Of a stretch of DNA of 64,000 bases, positions 10,534 to 21,836 are shown piece by piece. Under the pieces are notes generated by a model, which did no database searches, had not been told where the DNA came from, and saw nothing but the letters and a program-made list of their open reading frames with translations. Each line of letters begins with the position of its first letter. Position 1 is the first letter of the stretch. Position numbers and translations under genes: made by a program. The DNA comes from Felis catus (Eukaryota): contig NC_058373.1 of assembly GCF_018350175.1 (NCBI RefSeq), positions 99,636,001 to 99,700,000 of the forward strand, in the 5' to 3' direction.

Positions 10534-12699
10534 CTCAAATTATCTTTTTGTGACAATATTATTATTTTTTATTTTTCCCAGAAATTCACTTTTATGAGTT
10601 TCAAATGTATTAGCATCTAGTTGTTAAAAAATATTCTGTCATATGGACACAATTATCTACAAAGAAGCCTGAGAAACATAGTTTTTATTCTGGGTAATCA
10701 TGTGTCCAGCTAAAAATGGATCATATTTCTTAGGAAAAATTGAAAATGAATATTAGTAGACAACTTACAGTCGTCTTCATAGCTGCCATGATTAGCAACG
10801 TGGTCCATGAGAGGGGCTGATGCCTTAGTTTGTGCCCTCCTGGTAGGTTTAAGAGGCAGGGTTTACAGGTAAGTAAGAGGTGGGTTTAAGGGTAGGTATC
10901 AGAGCCTATGGTGCCATAGATAGGAATTACCATTCCGATTTTTCTCTTCACCAGGCAATTGCTCAGGAACCCCCACTTAGTGTTCTACCCCAAGAATGTT
11001 CTATTTAAAGCTTTCTCCCTTGTTCTGCTCCCCTGGGTTTCAAGGAACACAAGGAGAGGAGAAATATTCAAGGGTCAGATGTCAGCCTATATCCAACCAG
11101 GCTTTCTGTTCTTATTCCCCACATACCCTTAAAACTTCCCATAAAGGGTTTCACTCAAATTTTCCCTTACTTTATTCATGTATTCATTTTCTATTCGTTT
11201 ACTATTTTATTCATTTGTTTTTATTTACTTTATTCATTTAATATTTTATTTACTTTTTTTTTTTTTAGCTCCATACACTTTCCTCCTCCCTGAGATGCCC
11301 CCAGGAATAGGTTTGGAGGAGACCAGCACCTAAGCTAAACTGCTACTTGTCAAGAACCAGAAGTACCTTATTTGTGTTTTAATTTGGGGGGTCCGGAGCT
11401 GTGTTTTTCCTCCCAAGAGGAGCTATTTCCCTTCCCAAAAGAAGATGAGAATTCAACTGGTGGCTGAAGATCGACGTGTGAAAAGGACATGAGCTGAGAT
11501 GCACAATTTCTGACAAAAGTCTGGAGACAGGCTGCTCCCTCTGTAGGCTGAGCCCCAATGTTTTAGGGTTGATGAAACCTTTCTGATGAGTTTGGGAGGC
11601 TCCAGAACAGAGGAGTTTTGTACCTCCTTCCAAGATGTGGCCTGAGGAAACTGAGAAGGACCCTAGAGAAGCCCCAAGTCCAGCCTGATTCAAGTCAAAG
11701 AATTAGCAATACTGAGGACAGTGTCTGGATAAGCAGACCTGACAGCAGCCCCATAAAGGCCCATGGGTGCCCAGGTGGCACAGAAAAGCCTATGGAATTG
11801 TCATTTTCCCTGAAGAAGGACAGAGAGGTAGGTTGAGAGAAGGCCACAGATGGAAGAGCTTTCACAATTGGGACAAAGAAGAAGCAACATGTGTGGATTT
11901 GCTGACTACAAGGCATGGTGGAGCTGAAGAAGATACACACAAGGGAGTTGAGCAGATGTAGCACATGGCTGAGCCCAAAGGGCAGAGACCAGTGAGGGCA
12001 GAGGTAGGCCCACCCACAGGTGTCCCATCCCCAGTCCAGTGTCAGGATACCATTCCAGTCCCTGGAGTCTCAGGCCACTCCCTGGGAGTAGGCAAGGAAA
12101 GGAAGCAGAGGGAGAATGCCAAATGAACAGTCATTAGACAAAAGTGGTTATGTTTTAAAACAGAAGGTAGTGAATGAAAGTGAATTGGTTCTACTACTAG
12201 CAAAGCCTGAATTGAGCCTATAGTGATATAAGGAAAAGCACCATTCCCCTTTCTTGTACACCCAAACTGAAATAGTGAATTTCATACCTGAGACAAACCT
12301 CACTTCGATTTTTTTCTTATTGGTTTAGACATTTTTTACCACTTAAACTTTCTCGTTCTGTTTTGTTGTTTATTGATCATTTAATTATTTCCTTTTTAAG
12401 CTTTTCTGCCTTTTCCTCTATGTCCTTTATTATTGATTTAGCTTTATCTTCCCTTTCATTAAATGTTTATTAAAATCTCATCTACTTATCTTTTTAGAGT
12501 TACATATATTTGCAATGAGTAGCAAATACCATATATAACTAAATCTGTAAGGTAATGTCTTCAATCATCAACACTTTAAAAAAGAAAATCTTGTAAAAAT
12601 TATTTTAAATGGAATATAAACCAGGCAATTTCATATGGATGTGTATAATTTGACTTAATCTGTATAACTGTGTAACTGTATAACTGTGTAGCTTAACTC

Positions 12700-12970
12700 C
12701 ATTAAAGATGGAGTCAGGAAGCCCTGAAGGGGGAGCTCTCATGCACGACTACGTGCCTTAAGGGGCATACCTCACATTCGACAGGAAGAAGCTTAACTTT
12801 ACAGAGAGCAGCAGGAAGAAGGAAGACTTTCTCCTTGCCCAGCAACAGCTCAGCCAATGAGAATGCAGCAAAACAGCGCTGCTCAGCTTTTTTCCCCTAT
12901 AAAAAAGCAAGCCTGTATCTTCATTCTGAGCCACCCAGGTGCTCTGGCTTTTCTGTTTTTAAAGTCAACA
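12700..12970 (+). promoter_or_regulatory. ERV1 5' LTR (internally deleted)
   Basis: Homologous to the 3' LTR. CCAAT at 12854-12858, TATAAAA at 12898-12904, ends gtcaaca just before the PBS. Confidence 0.82.
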
Positions 12971-12975
12971 CTACA

Positions 12976-12993
12976 TGGCAACCACAAAGGTAC
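12976..12993 (+). other. Primer binding site, tRNA-Arg-like
   Basis: TGGCAACCACAAAGGTAC vs the recalled tRNA-Arg(TCG) 3'-end complement TGGCAACCACGAAGGGAT (15/18). It starts 5 nt after the LTR-terminal CA. Confidence 0.7.
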
Positions 12994-13257
12994 CCGAAGG
13001 AGATAAACCCCTAAGGGACTAACAACCCCCAGAACTGTGTGAGGTACTCACATGAACTCCTGTGCTCTCTCTCTGCTTCTGTGGGTCATCTCTTTCCTTT
13101 TTGTTTGGTGAGTCTCCTCTTAGATCCGAGCTCCTTCCATTTGGTTGACTTTTGGTCTGACCTTACTAAGGATCTGATTTTTGTTGTTCTCATTTTTAGG
13201 AAAGCATTGCCCTTTCTGGTGTACACTTGTTTTCTGAACCTCTGGGGTTTTTTCCCT

Positions 13258-13270
13258 TAAGTTTATTTAC

Positions 13271-13307
<37 letters not shown>

Positions 13308-13455
13308 CCACTAGCAGGAGGGGGGCAGAGAGCAAGGGAGGGAAGGAGAGAATCCCAAGCCCTGATGTAGGGCTTAAACTCATGATCTGGGAGATCATGA
13401 CCTGAGCTGAAATCTAGAGTCTGATGCTTAACTGAATGAGCCACTCAAGCACCCC
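13258..13455 (-). mobile_element. CAN-SINE in ERV1 leader
   Basis: Reverse head and GA tract. aacctctgg flanks both sides. Confidence 0.88.
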
Positions 13456-13797
13456 AGAACCTCTGGTTTTGAGTAATGGTACCCCAATCTGTTAAAATTT
13501 GTCAGGATGACAGGTCCCTCCTTCTGGGACCCTGGCTGGTTTTACATTTAAAAATTACAGTCCCTTCTCATGCACATTTTTAACTAATTGAACCAACTTA
13601 ACAAGAAATAATTTAGAACTCCAATAGCCATTATGGGGGATTTTGATCTCTTCAAACTTGCTTTTCTTAGAACCAAGTTAGAAGACCATGACTCTAAAAT
13701 GAAACACACTGAATGGGATGCCTATTTTAATTGGTATCTTGAGGTTTCCAAGAGTATTCAGGACTCTAAAATCAGGTCTTTACAAAGTATCACTTCT

Positions 13798-14022
13798 TTT
13801 TTTTTAAATTTTTTTCTTTTAACGTTTATTTATTTTGGAGACAGAGAGAGACAGAGCATGAACGGGGGAGGGTCAGAGAGAGAGGGAGACACAGAATCGG
13901 AAACAGGCTCCAGGCTCTGAGCCATCAGCCCAGAGCCTGACGCGGGGCTCGAACTCATGGACCGCGAGATCGTGACCTGGCTGAAGTCGGACGCTTAACC
14001 GACTGCGCCACCCAGGCGCCCC
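13798..14022 (-). mobile_element. Young CAN-SINE (SINEC_Fc)
   Basis: Perfect 17-bp TSD tacaaagtatcacttct (13781-13797, 14023-14039). CpG-rich body. Confidence 0.96.
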
Positions 14023-14258
14023 TACAAAGTATCACTTCTAAATGAACCAAGGCACACAAACAATGAAAAGAAATATAAAAAGCTTTCCAGGCCTTTCTCC
14101 CTTCTCCCATCCCCTTTGTCATCATCTCCCCCTCCTTTACACTGTCCAATTCCTCATTCTAATTCTCTCATTGAACTTTTCTTTTTCTTGGAACCTTTCC
14201 CTGCTCCCTCCTCCTTCAAACACATTAGAACCTTCTCTTTCAAAGTCAGATCCTTTTT

Positions 14259-14640
14259 GGGGAGCCTGGGTGGCTCAGTTGGTTAAGCATCCAACTCTTT
14301 TTTTTAAATTTTCTTTCTTTTTTTAAACATTTGTATTTATTTTTGAGAGAGTGAGTGCAAGCAGGAGAGGAGCAGAGAGAGGAGACAAAGGATCCAAAGC
14401 CCGTTGTGGGACTCAAACTCATAAACCCTGAGATCATGACCTGAACCCAAGTCAGACACTTAACTGACTGAGCTACCAGGTGCACCAAGTATCTCACTCT
14501 TGATATTGGCTCAGGCTGTTATCTCATGGTTGTGAGATCGAGCTCTGCGCTAAGAATGGGGCCTGCTTGGGATCCTCTCTCTCCCTCTCTCTGCCTCTCC
14601 CCCATACATGCTCACTCTCTCAAAATAAATAATTAACTTG
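14259..14640 (+). mobile_element. CAN-SINE split by a nested antisense CAN-SINE (~14299-14486)
   Basis: The head at 14259-14298 resumes at ~14487 after an inverted SINE. Degenerate TSD aagcatccaactct / aagtatctcactct. Confidence 0.85.
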
Positions 14641-16649
14641 AAAAAGTTAAATTCTCTGAGGATTCTAATGTTATGTCCCTAATGTTCTATGTCCCCTGGA
14701 CTAAGGTCAAACTATGAGCCATAGTCACAGATTTTCCTAGGATGACTGAAGATCCTTATAGATTTTCCAAAGATTTAATATAGTCATCCAGACTTACTAA
14801 CCAGGTTCCTCACTTTGTACCAGCTAGTTCACATGCTTGTTGGTGAAGGCCAAGCCCAGCGTGGATGAACTAGCGAATTGAGATGATTATGTTTTCAGAA
14901 TCTCTACAACTGCAAATGAGAGACCAACCTCCTGCCTTGTTATATAAGGCTCAGCAATCCCTAAACTGCTTCACCTGGCAATCTCTAGGGCTTTGTCAAA
15001 CCCTGTTGATTGGAATAAGATCCAGGCTTGTACTCAGAAGTGCAGTGAACCTGTGCATAACTATTACAATTGACTCCAAGTTGTTTTCAAGGAAAATACT
15101 GGCCTTCCTTTGGATGTTGAATCCACTCAGGTAGCCTTCCATTCAATGTTCATTAAGGAGCTGAACTGAGATCTTTCCCTTTTAGTGAAAATGCAAATCA
15201 TCTCGCCTGCACCCTGGAGGATACAATTAAAGGGAAGTCCACTAAAATATTTACTGTTGAGTTCCAACAAATGGAGGCCTCTAAAACAAAACCTTTCCTG
15301 GTGTCTGCCATTATTGTGAAAATCCAGGATGTCGGAAGAAAGATTGTTACAAACTTAAGCACTCCCAGGTGCTTTCAGCCTTACCAATGCCCTTGTAACT
15401 CCCAATCTGGGGACTCCAAGGAACCATGGGGCCTTCTCCCCATCCTTTCTCATTACCAGCTTGGATAAATAACTCTCAGACTAGGAATGAATTTCTCTGT
15501 TACTGGCGCTGGAGCTACACACTTGATGCTCAATCCCACTGTTATTAAACAGCCCCTGACTCAAAGTATTGAAATGATTCAAATAGCAGGGGTCTGTATT
15601 AAACCTCAACAAGTTTCCATCTCTAAGCCCATTTTTTTCCTTTTTTTTCTGGCCCTGTGAAAGATCCTCATCCTTTTCTCCTTAGTCCCTCCAAACTTGT
15701 TCATACATCAAGATCTCTTAGAGAACTATCTTGCTAAAATTTCTTTATCCCCAAAGGGGGAGATAATTTTAGAATTTGATAGCAGCAACCAAATAGCCAA
15801 CCAGGTGAATCAAATTGCCCTTCAAAATCTTTTATCTACTCTTTCACTGATGGCACTGGAGCTAACTTTAAGGACACTAACAATTTGTCCCCATTGGATA
15901 AGCTTTCACTCTTGTTATAGGTCAAAATCTTCAACTGATATTGGCATAATCCACAGTGCACCTCCTATTAACATCCAAGTATATCCCTCAAAATCTCTCC
16001 CAGAATTAATTAATACCCTATAAATAAAGGGAGCCCTTCAAGGCATCAAGCCCACAATGGAATATTGTAAGGGTCAGGGCCTCCTCCTCCCTGCCCCAGT
16101 CCTTGAAATACTCCTATTTTGCCTGTGAAGAACCCCAATGGCCACAGATAGAGATTTGTCCAGGATGTCTGAGTCATAAACAATATTGTTATCGTTCATT
16201 ACCTGGCTGTTCAAATCCTAATACTTTGTTAGAATCATGTCATGCCTTCTTAGCATCCCTGTTGATAAGGCCAGCCAATATCTCTTAGCCTTTACTGGGA
16301 AAGGAAAAGAGTACATCTGACAGTAATACTCCAAGGTTTTACCGAAAGTTCTTTCCAAACCTTGAAAGCAGATTTAGATGATATGAAGTTACCTGGAAGC
16401 TCTACTTTATGACAATATAGAGACCGCTTCTCTGCTCCCCTTCTCAGCCCTCTTCATAGGAAGATAGCATCCACTTTTTAAAACTTCTAGCCTTATGGGC
16501 ACACAAAGTCTCCAAGGAGAAACTGTGGTTTACTTAAACTTAGGTTTGATATTTGGAGCACCTGATTTCAGAACAAGGACTATATTTAGGTCCAAATGGG
16601 CTTCATGGCATCCTGAACTTTTATAAACTCATAACTAAGTGCCATTTAT

Positions 16650-18038
16650 TTTTTTATATGAAATTTATTGACAGATTGGTTTCCATACAACACCCAGTGC
16701 TCATCCCAAAAGGTGCCCTCCTCAATACCCATCACCCACCCTCTCCTCCCTCCCACCCCCCATCAACCCTCAGTTTGTTCTCAGTTTTTAACAGTCTCTT
16801 ATGCTTTGGCTCTCTCCCACTCTAACCTGTTTTTTTTTTTTTTCTCCTTCCCCTCCCCCATGGGTTCCTGTTAAGTTTCTCAGGATCCACATAAGAGTGA
16901 AACCATATGGTATCTGTCTTTCTCTGTATGGCTTATTTCACTTAGCATCACACTCTCCAGTTCCATCCACGTTGCTACAAAAGGCCATATTTCATTTTTT
17001 CTCATTGCCACGTAGTATTCCATTGTGTATATAAACCACAATTTCTTTATCCATTCATCAGTTGATGGACATTTAGGCTCTTTCCATAATTTGGCTATTG
17101 TTGAGAGTGCTGCTATGAACATTGGGGTACAAGTGGCCCTATGCATCAGTACTCCTGTATCCCTTGGATAAATTCCTAGCAGTGCTATTGCTGGGTCATA
17201 GGGTAGGTCTATTTTTAATTTTCTGAGGAACCTCCACACTGCTTTCCAGAGCAGCTGCACCAATTTGCATTCCCACCAACAGTGCAAGAGGGTTCCCGTT
17301 TCTCCACATCCTCTCCAGCATCTATAGTCTCCTGATTTGTTCATTTTGGCCACTCTGACTGGCCTGAGGCGATACCTGAGTGTGGTTTTGATTTGTATTT
17401 CCCTGATAAGGAGCGAAGCTGGACATCTTTTCATGTGCCTGTTGGCCATCCAGATGTCTTCTTTAGAGAAGTGTCTATTCATGTTTTCTGCCCATTTCTT
17501 CACTGGGTTATTTGTTTTTCGGGTGTGGAGTTTGGTGAGCTCTTTATAGATTTTGGATACTAGCCCTTTGTCCGATATGTCATTTGCAAATATCTTTTCC
17601 CATTCCGTTGGTTGCCTTTCAGTTTTGTTGGTTGTTTCCTTTGCTGTGCAGAAGCTTTTTATCTTCATAAGGTCCCAGTAATTCACTTTTGCTTTTAATT
17701 CCCTTGCCTTTGGGGATGTGTCGAGTAAGAGATTGCTACGGCTGAGGTCAGAGAGGTCTTTTCCTGCTTTCTCCTCTAAGGTTTTGATGGTTTCCTGTCT
17801 CACATTTAGGTCCTTTATCCATTTTGAGTTTATTTTTGTGAATGGTGTGAGAAAGTGGTCTAGTTTCAACTTTCTGCATGTTGCTGTCCAGTTCTCCCAG
17901 CACCATTTGTTAAAGAGGCTGTCTTTTTTCCATTGGATGTTCTTTCCTGCTTTGTCAAAGATGAGTTGGCCATACGTTTGTGGATCTAGTTCTGGGGTTT
18001 CTATTCTATTCCATTGTCTATGTGTCTGTTTTTGTGCC
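16650..18038 (-). mobile_element. Young 5'-truncated L1 (L1_Fc type) inserted in ERV1 pol
   Basis: ORF2 C-terminal frame (16880-18040, includes HCWWECK), G-rich 3' UTR, short polyA. Perfect 16-bp TSD actaagtgccatttat (16634-16649, 18039-18054). Confidence 0.97.
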
Positions 18039-19305
18039 ACTAAGTGCCATTTATGAGGTTTTCATGGGCTAGCTGGTCACCGCCAAAATAGGATTCCAAC
18101 TTCTCTCTTATGGCCCAAGCCCTATATGTTTCATCAAAAACAACAAACCTCATCCATCCTCTTGTTTGGGAATATCAGGGTGAACCTAGCCTTGAAAGCC
18201 CTAAAGGAAAGCTTGAGAAATTCCCCTACCCTTCGACATACCAATTATCAACTTCCTCTTTTCCTTTTTGTATTTGAAAGGAAAGGGAACCCCCTTGGGG
18301 TACTCACCCCAAAACATGGAACCACCGTCAACTGATAGGGTATTATAGCCAACAGCTAGACCCTGTGGCACAAGGATATCCCCTTGCCTCAGGGTCATTC
18401 CTGCCACCACTCTGTTACTCAAGACCACTGAAAAGCTAGTCATGGGATCCCTTCTAACAATCTAGCACCCATGCAGTAGAAGCGCCACCCACCGCCCCGA
18501 ATTCTCATCACACTCAACACCTTTTGGCCTGTCCTCTCACCTCCTATGAAATCCACTTGTTAACCACTACTCATTTAACTCTTTGTCACTAGAATAATTT
18601 TAATCTTAACCATGTCACCCTTCTTCCCTCTGCTACAGATGACACTCCTCATGACAGACAGATTACCTCTGGACCCCCTGTGACAACTTACAGAAAACTC
18701 CTTTGGATAATGTTGACTTTTTGTGATTTACCAATGATTCTCATTTAGAAGGTGAAAATGGTAAATATGCTGGGTATTCTATTACAACTCCCTACAAAGT
18801 TGCTGAAGCAGAACCTTTGCTCTTGGCTACCTTGGCCCAACAGGTTGGATTGTACACTTTTGCTTGGGTCTGCATTTTACCAAGGGCAAAACTGGAAATA
18901 TTTATACTAATAGAAGTTATGCCTTTGCAATAACTCATGACTTTGGAATACCATGGTAATAGTGAGGCTTCTTCCTTTCCAGTGGGGACGAAAAAAATAG
19001 CCTTTATGTCCAGGAATTATTAGATGCCATATCCTTGCCAGCTGCTTTGTTCATATTCAAGGTACCTTGGCATTCCATACATGATTACCTGGAGGCTAAA
19101 GGAAACCACCTTGCTGATATCTATTTAAAGAACACTGCTTTTAAAGGAATGAACAACCAAACCTATGTCATGGTCCAAAGGGATGTTCCCCCAAATGATA
19201 ATCTAGAAAAATTTACTAGAGATTCTCAAATTGGCCCCCCAAAAGGAAAAATGATACTGGGAATTTGATAACTATTGGTTCTATTTAAAAACAAAAACAA
19301 TAAAA

Positions 19306-19490
19306 GAGGTGTCTGGGTGGCTCAGTCAGTTGGGCGACTGACTTTGGCTCAGGTCATGATCTCATGGTTCATGAGTTTAAGCCCCACATTGGGCTTGCTG
19401 CTGTCAGTGCAGAGTCTGCTTGGGATCTTCTGTTCCCCCCCCCCCTCTCTTTCTCTCTCAAAAATGAATAAACCTTAAAAAAAAAAAAAA
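19306..19490 (+). mobile_element. CAN-SINE in ERV1 pol
   Basis: gtctgggtggctcagtcagttggg head, CT tract, polyA. Confidence 0.88.
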
Positions 19491-20379
19491 CCTTTGGCTT
19501 GGGTCATATTCCAGTTCTGCCAGAGACTCTAAAGTTCCTATTACTACTGTATGGGCATTGAATTATTGGTCTATTGACAAAATGATGAACTTCCTGAATG
19601 AATACTGGTGGGGATATATTAATAAGGCTGCAAAGACTACCTATTTTGTTTACCCCACTGGCCTAAAGTACAATCCAGAAAAACCTTTCACACTGTTCCC
19701 AGACACTTTAATTATCCAATGGATCACCTGAGATTTGGCAAATAGATTTTATTTGGCTACTCCCATTTCATGGATATAAATGTCTTGACAATGATTTGTT
19801 TGTTTTCTCATTGAACTGAAGTCTCCTCCTGTGAATAGGCCATAGCTACTTCTGTGGCTAAACTCCTACTAGGAAAGATCATCCTTATTTGTGGAAACTC
19901 CCTCAAATCTTAGTCCTACCCCCTTTGAAACCCATAAATTCTTACCCTTTGAGATAATCATAGCATGTCCAATGTACTTGGCCCCTGCTTCTTCCAATCC
20001 ACAGCTGGTAAATGGGGCATAATTCAGTATTGCAAAGGCTTAATAGTTTCTGTTGAAAATAACCAAGCTTTAGTAGAAGAATCTGCAGCATGTTCTCCAA
20101 AGACAAAGTTCTTAAACATCACATCTTGCATCCTGGAGATTTCATCTTTTGGGAAAGACCTCTCCAGAAAGACTCTTCAACTCCACTGGAAATGCTCCCA
20201 TCAGATACTATTAACCCACCCTTGTGCTATCAAACTCCAAGGAACAGGCTCTTGGATCCATGTGTCACATCTGGAGAAAGCACTAAACCCTGATTTGACA
20301 TGCATACCAACTGATGACCTAAAAATGAAGATTTTCAGGAACTAAGGTGGATAACAGCTGAAGGGGACATTTTTCCCAA

Positions 20380-20770
20380 GATGACTGGGCCTATATACCT
20401 TTTTTCTCACTGTTGCTTCTTATTTCCTTTCTTTCTTGGCCCAATATATTGCAAAAGGGGAAAACCTTTCTGACTATTGTATCTGTCACCAGAAACTCCA
20501 ATCTGTTCATAATGCCAAATATCCCTTAGTCTTCCCTATTTAAGTACTATGTTCCCCTGTACCCAAGATGAATACAAATGAGCTAACTCATTTAACAGTT
20601 GCAAGGATTTTAGAAAAGGCACCTTTAGGCTGGGATGATTCCTTACAGAATGTCTGCTTCTCAACTTCTTCTGTATAATCATTACTAAGCTTTACACCTG
20701 TTGTCTGACAAACCTTAATAGAAATTATAAGCCCAATAGGGTGATGCTAGCTCAGTGCTTTGAGATAATA
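20380..20770 (+). pseudogene. env: Largely deleted ERV1 env remnant
   Basis: KGENLSDYCICHQK resembles the SU N-terminal NxSxCWxC motif and lies directly after integrase. Only ~400 bp remain before the 3' UTR. Confidence 0.45.
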
Positions 20771-20856
20771 TCCAGTGCTTACCCCAGATAGGAAGTGCCT
20801 GAGTGTCCTCCCTCCTACCCTTCTCTGTTACTCAAATGTGGCTTTAGTGCTTTCTT

Positions 20857-21053
20857 TTTTTTTCTTCAATTTTTTAATGTTTATTTATTTTTGAGAGGGG
20901 GGAGAGGCAGAGAGGAAGACAGAGAATACAAAGCAGGCTCCAGGCTCTGAGCTATCAGCACAGAGCCTGATGCAGGGCTCAGACTCACGGACTGCAAGAT
21001 CATGACCCAAGCTGAAGTTGGATGCCCAACCAACTGAGCTATCCAGTTGCCCC
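20857..21053 (-). mobile_element. CAN-SINE
   Basis: Reverse head. agtgctttct on both flanks. Confidence 0.9.
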
Positions 21054-21207
21054 AAAGTGCTTTCTAATTTATGTACTTTCCCTCTGATGTGGGATGTGAC
21101 AAACAGGAAAGGTCCCTCCTGGCACTAAGGGATGAAACCTCTAAATACAAAAAGTTGCTCTCAATCATCTATGCTTTTGAGGAAAAATCTTGATCAAAAA
21201 AGGGAAA

Positions 21208-21408
21208 TGTGAAAAAAAAGGAAACAATTTAAAATGGGAGTCTGGCTGGGGTGCCTGGGTGGCTCAATCCATTGAGCATCTGACTTCGGCTCAGGTCATG
21301 ATCTCACGGTTTGTGAGTTTGAGCCCCACATCACACTCTCTGCTATCAGTGTAGAGCCTGCTTCAGATCCTCTGTCCCTCTCTTTCTGCCCCTTTCCCAC
21401 TCATGCTT

Positions 21409-21440
<32 letters not shown>

Positions 21441-21836
21441 AAAAATGAATAAACATTTATTTTTTTTTTAAGTTAAAAAAAAAATAAAATGGAAGTCTGG
21501 AAACCCTGAAGGGGGAGCTCTCATGCACTACCACATGCCCTAAGGAGCATACCTCACATTCCCCAACAGGAAGAAGCTTACTTTACAGAGAACAGCAGGA
21601 AGAAGGGAGAATTTCTCTTCGCCCAGCAACAGCTCAGCCAATGAGAATGCAGCAAAACAGCCCTGCCCATCTTCTACCTTCCCCCTACAAAAGCAAGCTC
21701 CTCTCCTCTGTTCTCTAGATTTGCATATGGTTTGCCATAGTTTGCTTGTCCCAAATTGCAATTCCTCTGGTATTCCCAAATAAACTCATTTTATGGGTAA
21801 AATAACTGGCTTTAAAAAAAATTTTTAAGAACAACA
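21208..21836 (+). promoter_or_regulatory. ERV1 3' LTR (contains a SINE)
   Basis: Preceded by the purine tract aaaaaagggaaa (21196-21207). Begins TGT, has CCAAT and AATAAA (21779-21784), ends aaca. Confidence 0.85.
21248..21485 (+). mobile_element. CAN-SINE in the 3' LTR
   Basis: TSD aaaatgg(g/a)agtctgg at 21231-21245 and 21486-21500. Confidence 0.92.

Larger units (their letters stand above)
7100..10620 (-). mobile_element. Old degenerate L1M ORF2 fragment, interrupted by younger insertions
   Basis: Antisense L1 ORF2 motifs such as gtggttttcatttgcatttcc. Translation remnants IKEDLSRWKYL...WLGRLNI and MQMKTTVRFHF. Confidence 0.75.
13476..15450 (+). pseudogene. gag: ERV1 gag remnant
   Basis: FDLFKLAFLRTKLE...EWDAYFNWYLE (MA-like), a Pro-rich segment, and YVPWTK...DFPRMTEDPYRF / LYQLVHMLVGEGQAQ (CA-like). 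Many stops, frameshifts and SINE insertions. Confidence 0.7.
15470..20345 (+). pseudogene. pol: ERV1 pro-pol remnant (protease, RT, RNase H, integrase)
   Basis: SP*NTPILPVKNPNG..RFVQDV*VINNIV and TVILQGFTES (RT). KGNHLADI (RNase H end). PEIWQIDFI (integrase). QGTGSWIHVSHLEKA (IN C-terminus). Heavily disrupted. Confidence 0.85.
12700..21836 (+). mobile_element. Decayed class I (ERV1-type) endogenous retrovirus with two LTRs
   Basis: Direct LTR repeats (~12706-12877 aligns with ~21488-21661), PBS, PPT, and gag-pro-pol-env remnants in the correct order. The left boundary is approximate. Confidence 0.9.

Noticed and set aside
10867..10875. Perfect splice donor CAGGTAAGT (GTGAGT donors also near 31255 and 38860)
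   Set aside because: Isolated motifs without a supportable exon or reading frame. Expected by chance in 64 kb.
11379..11964. Cluster of 64-104 aa ORFs on both strands
   Set aside because: No recognisable domains. Possibly an old LTR-derived region that I could not assign.
16880..18040. 386-aa ORF as a candidate host gene
   Set aside because: It is the C-terminus of L1 ORF2 in a 5'-truncated copy, with no ATG at the called start and no promoter of its own.
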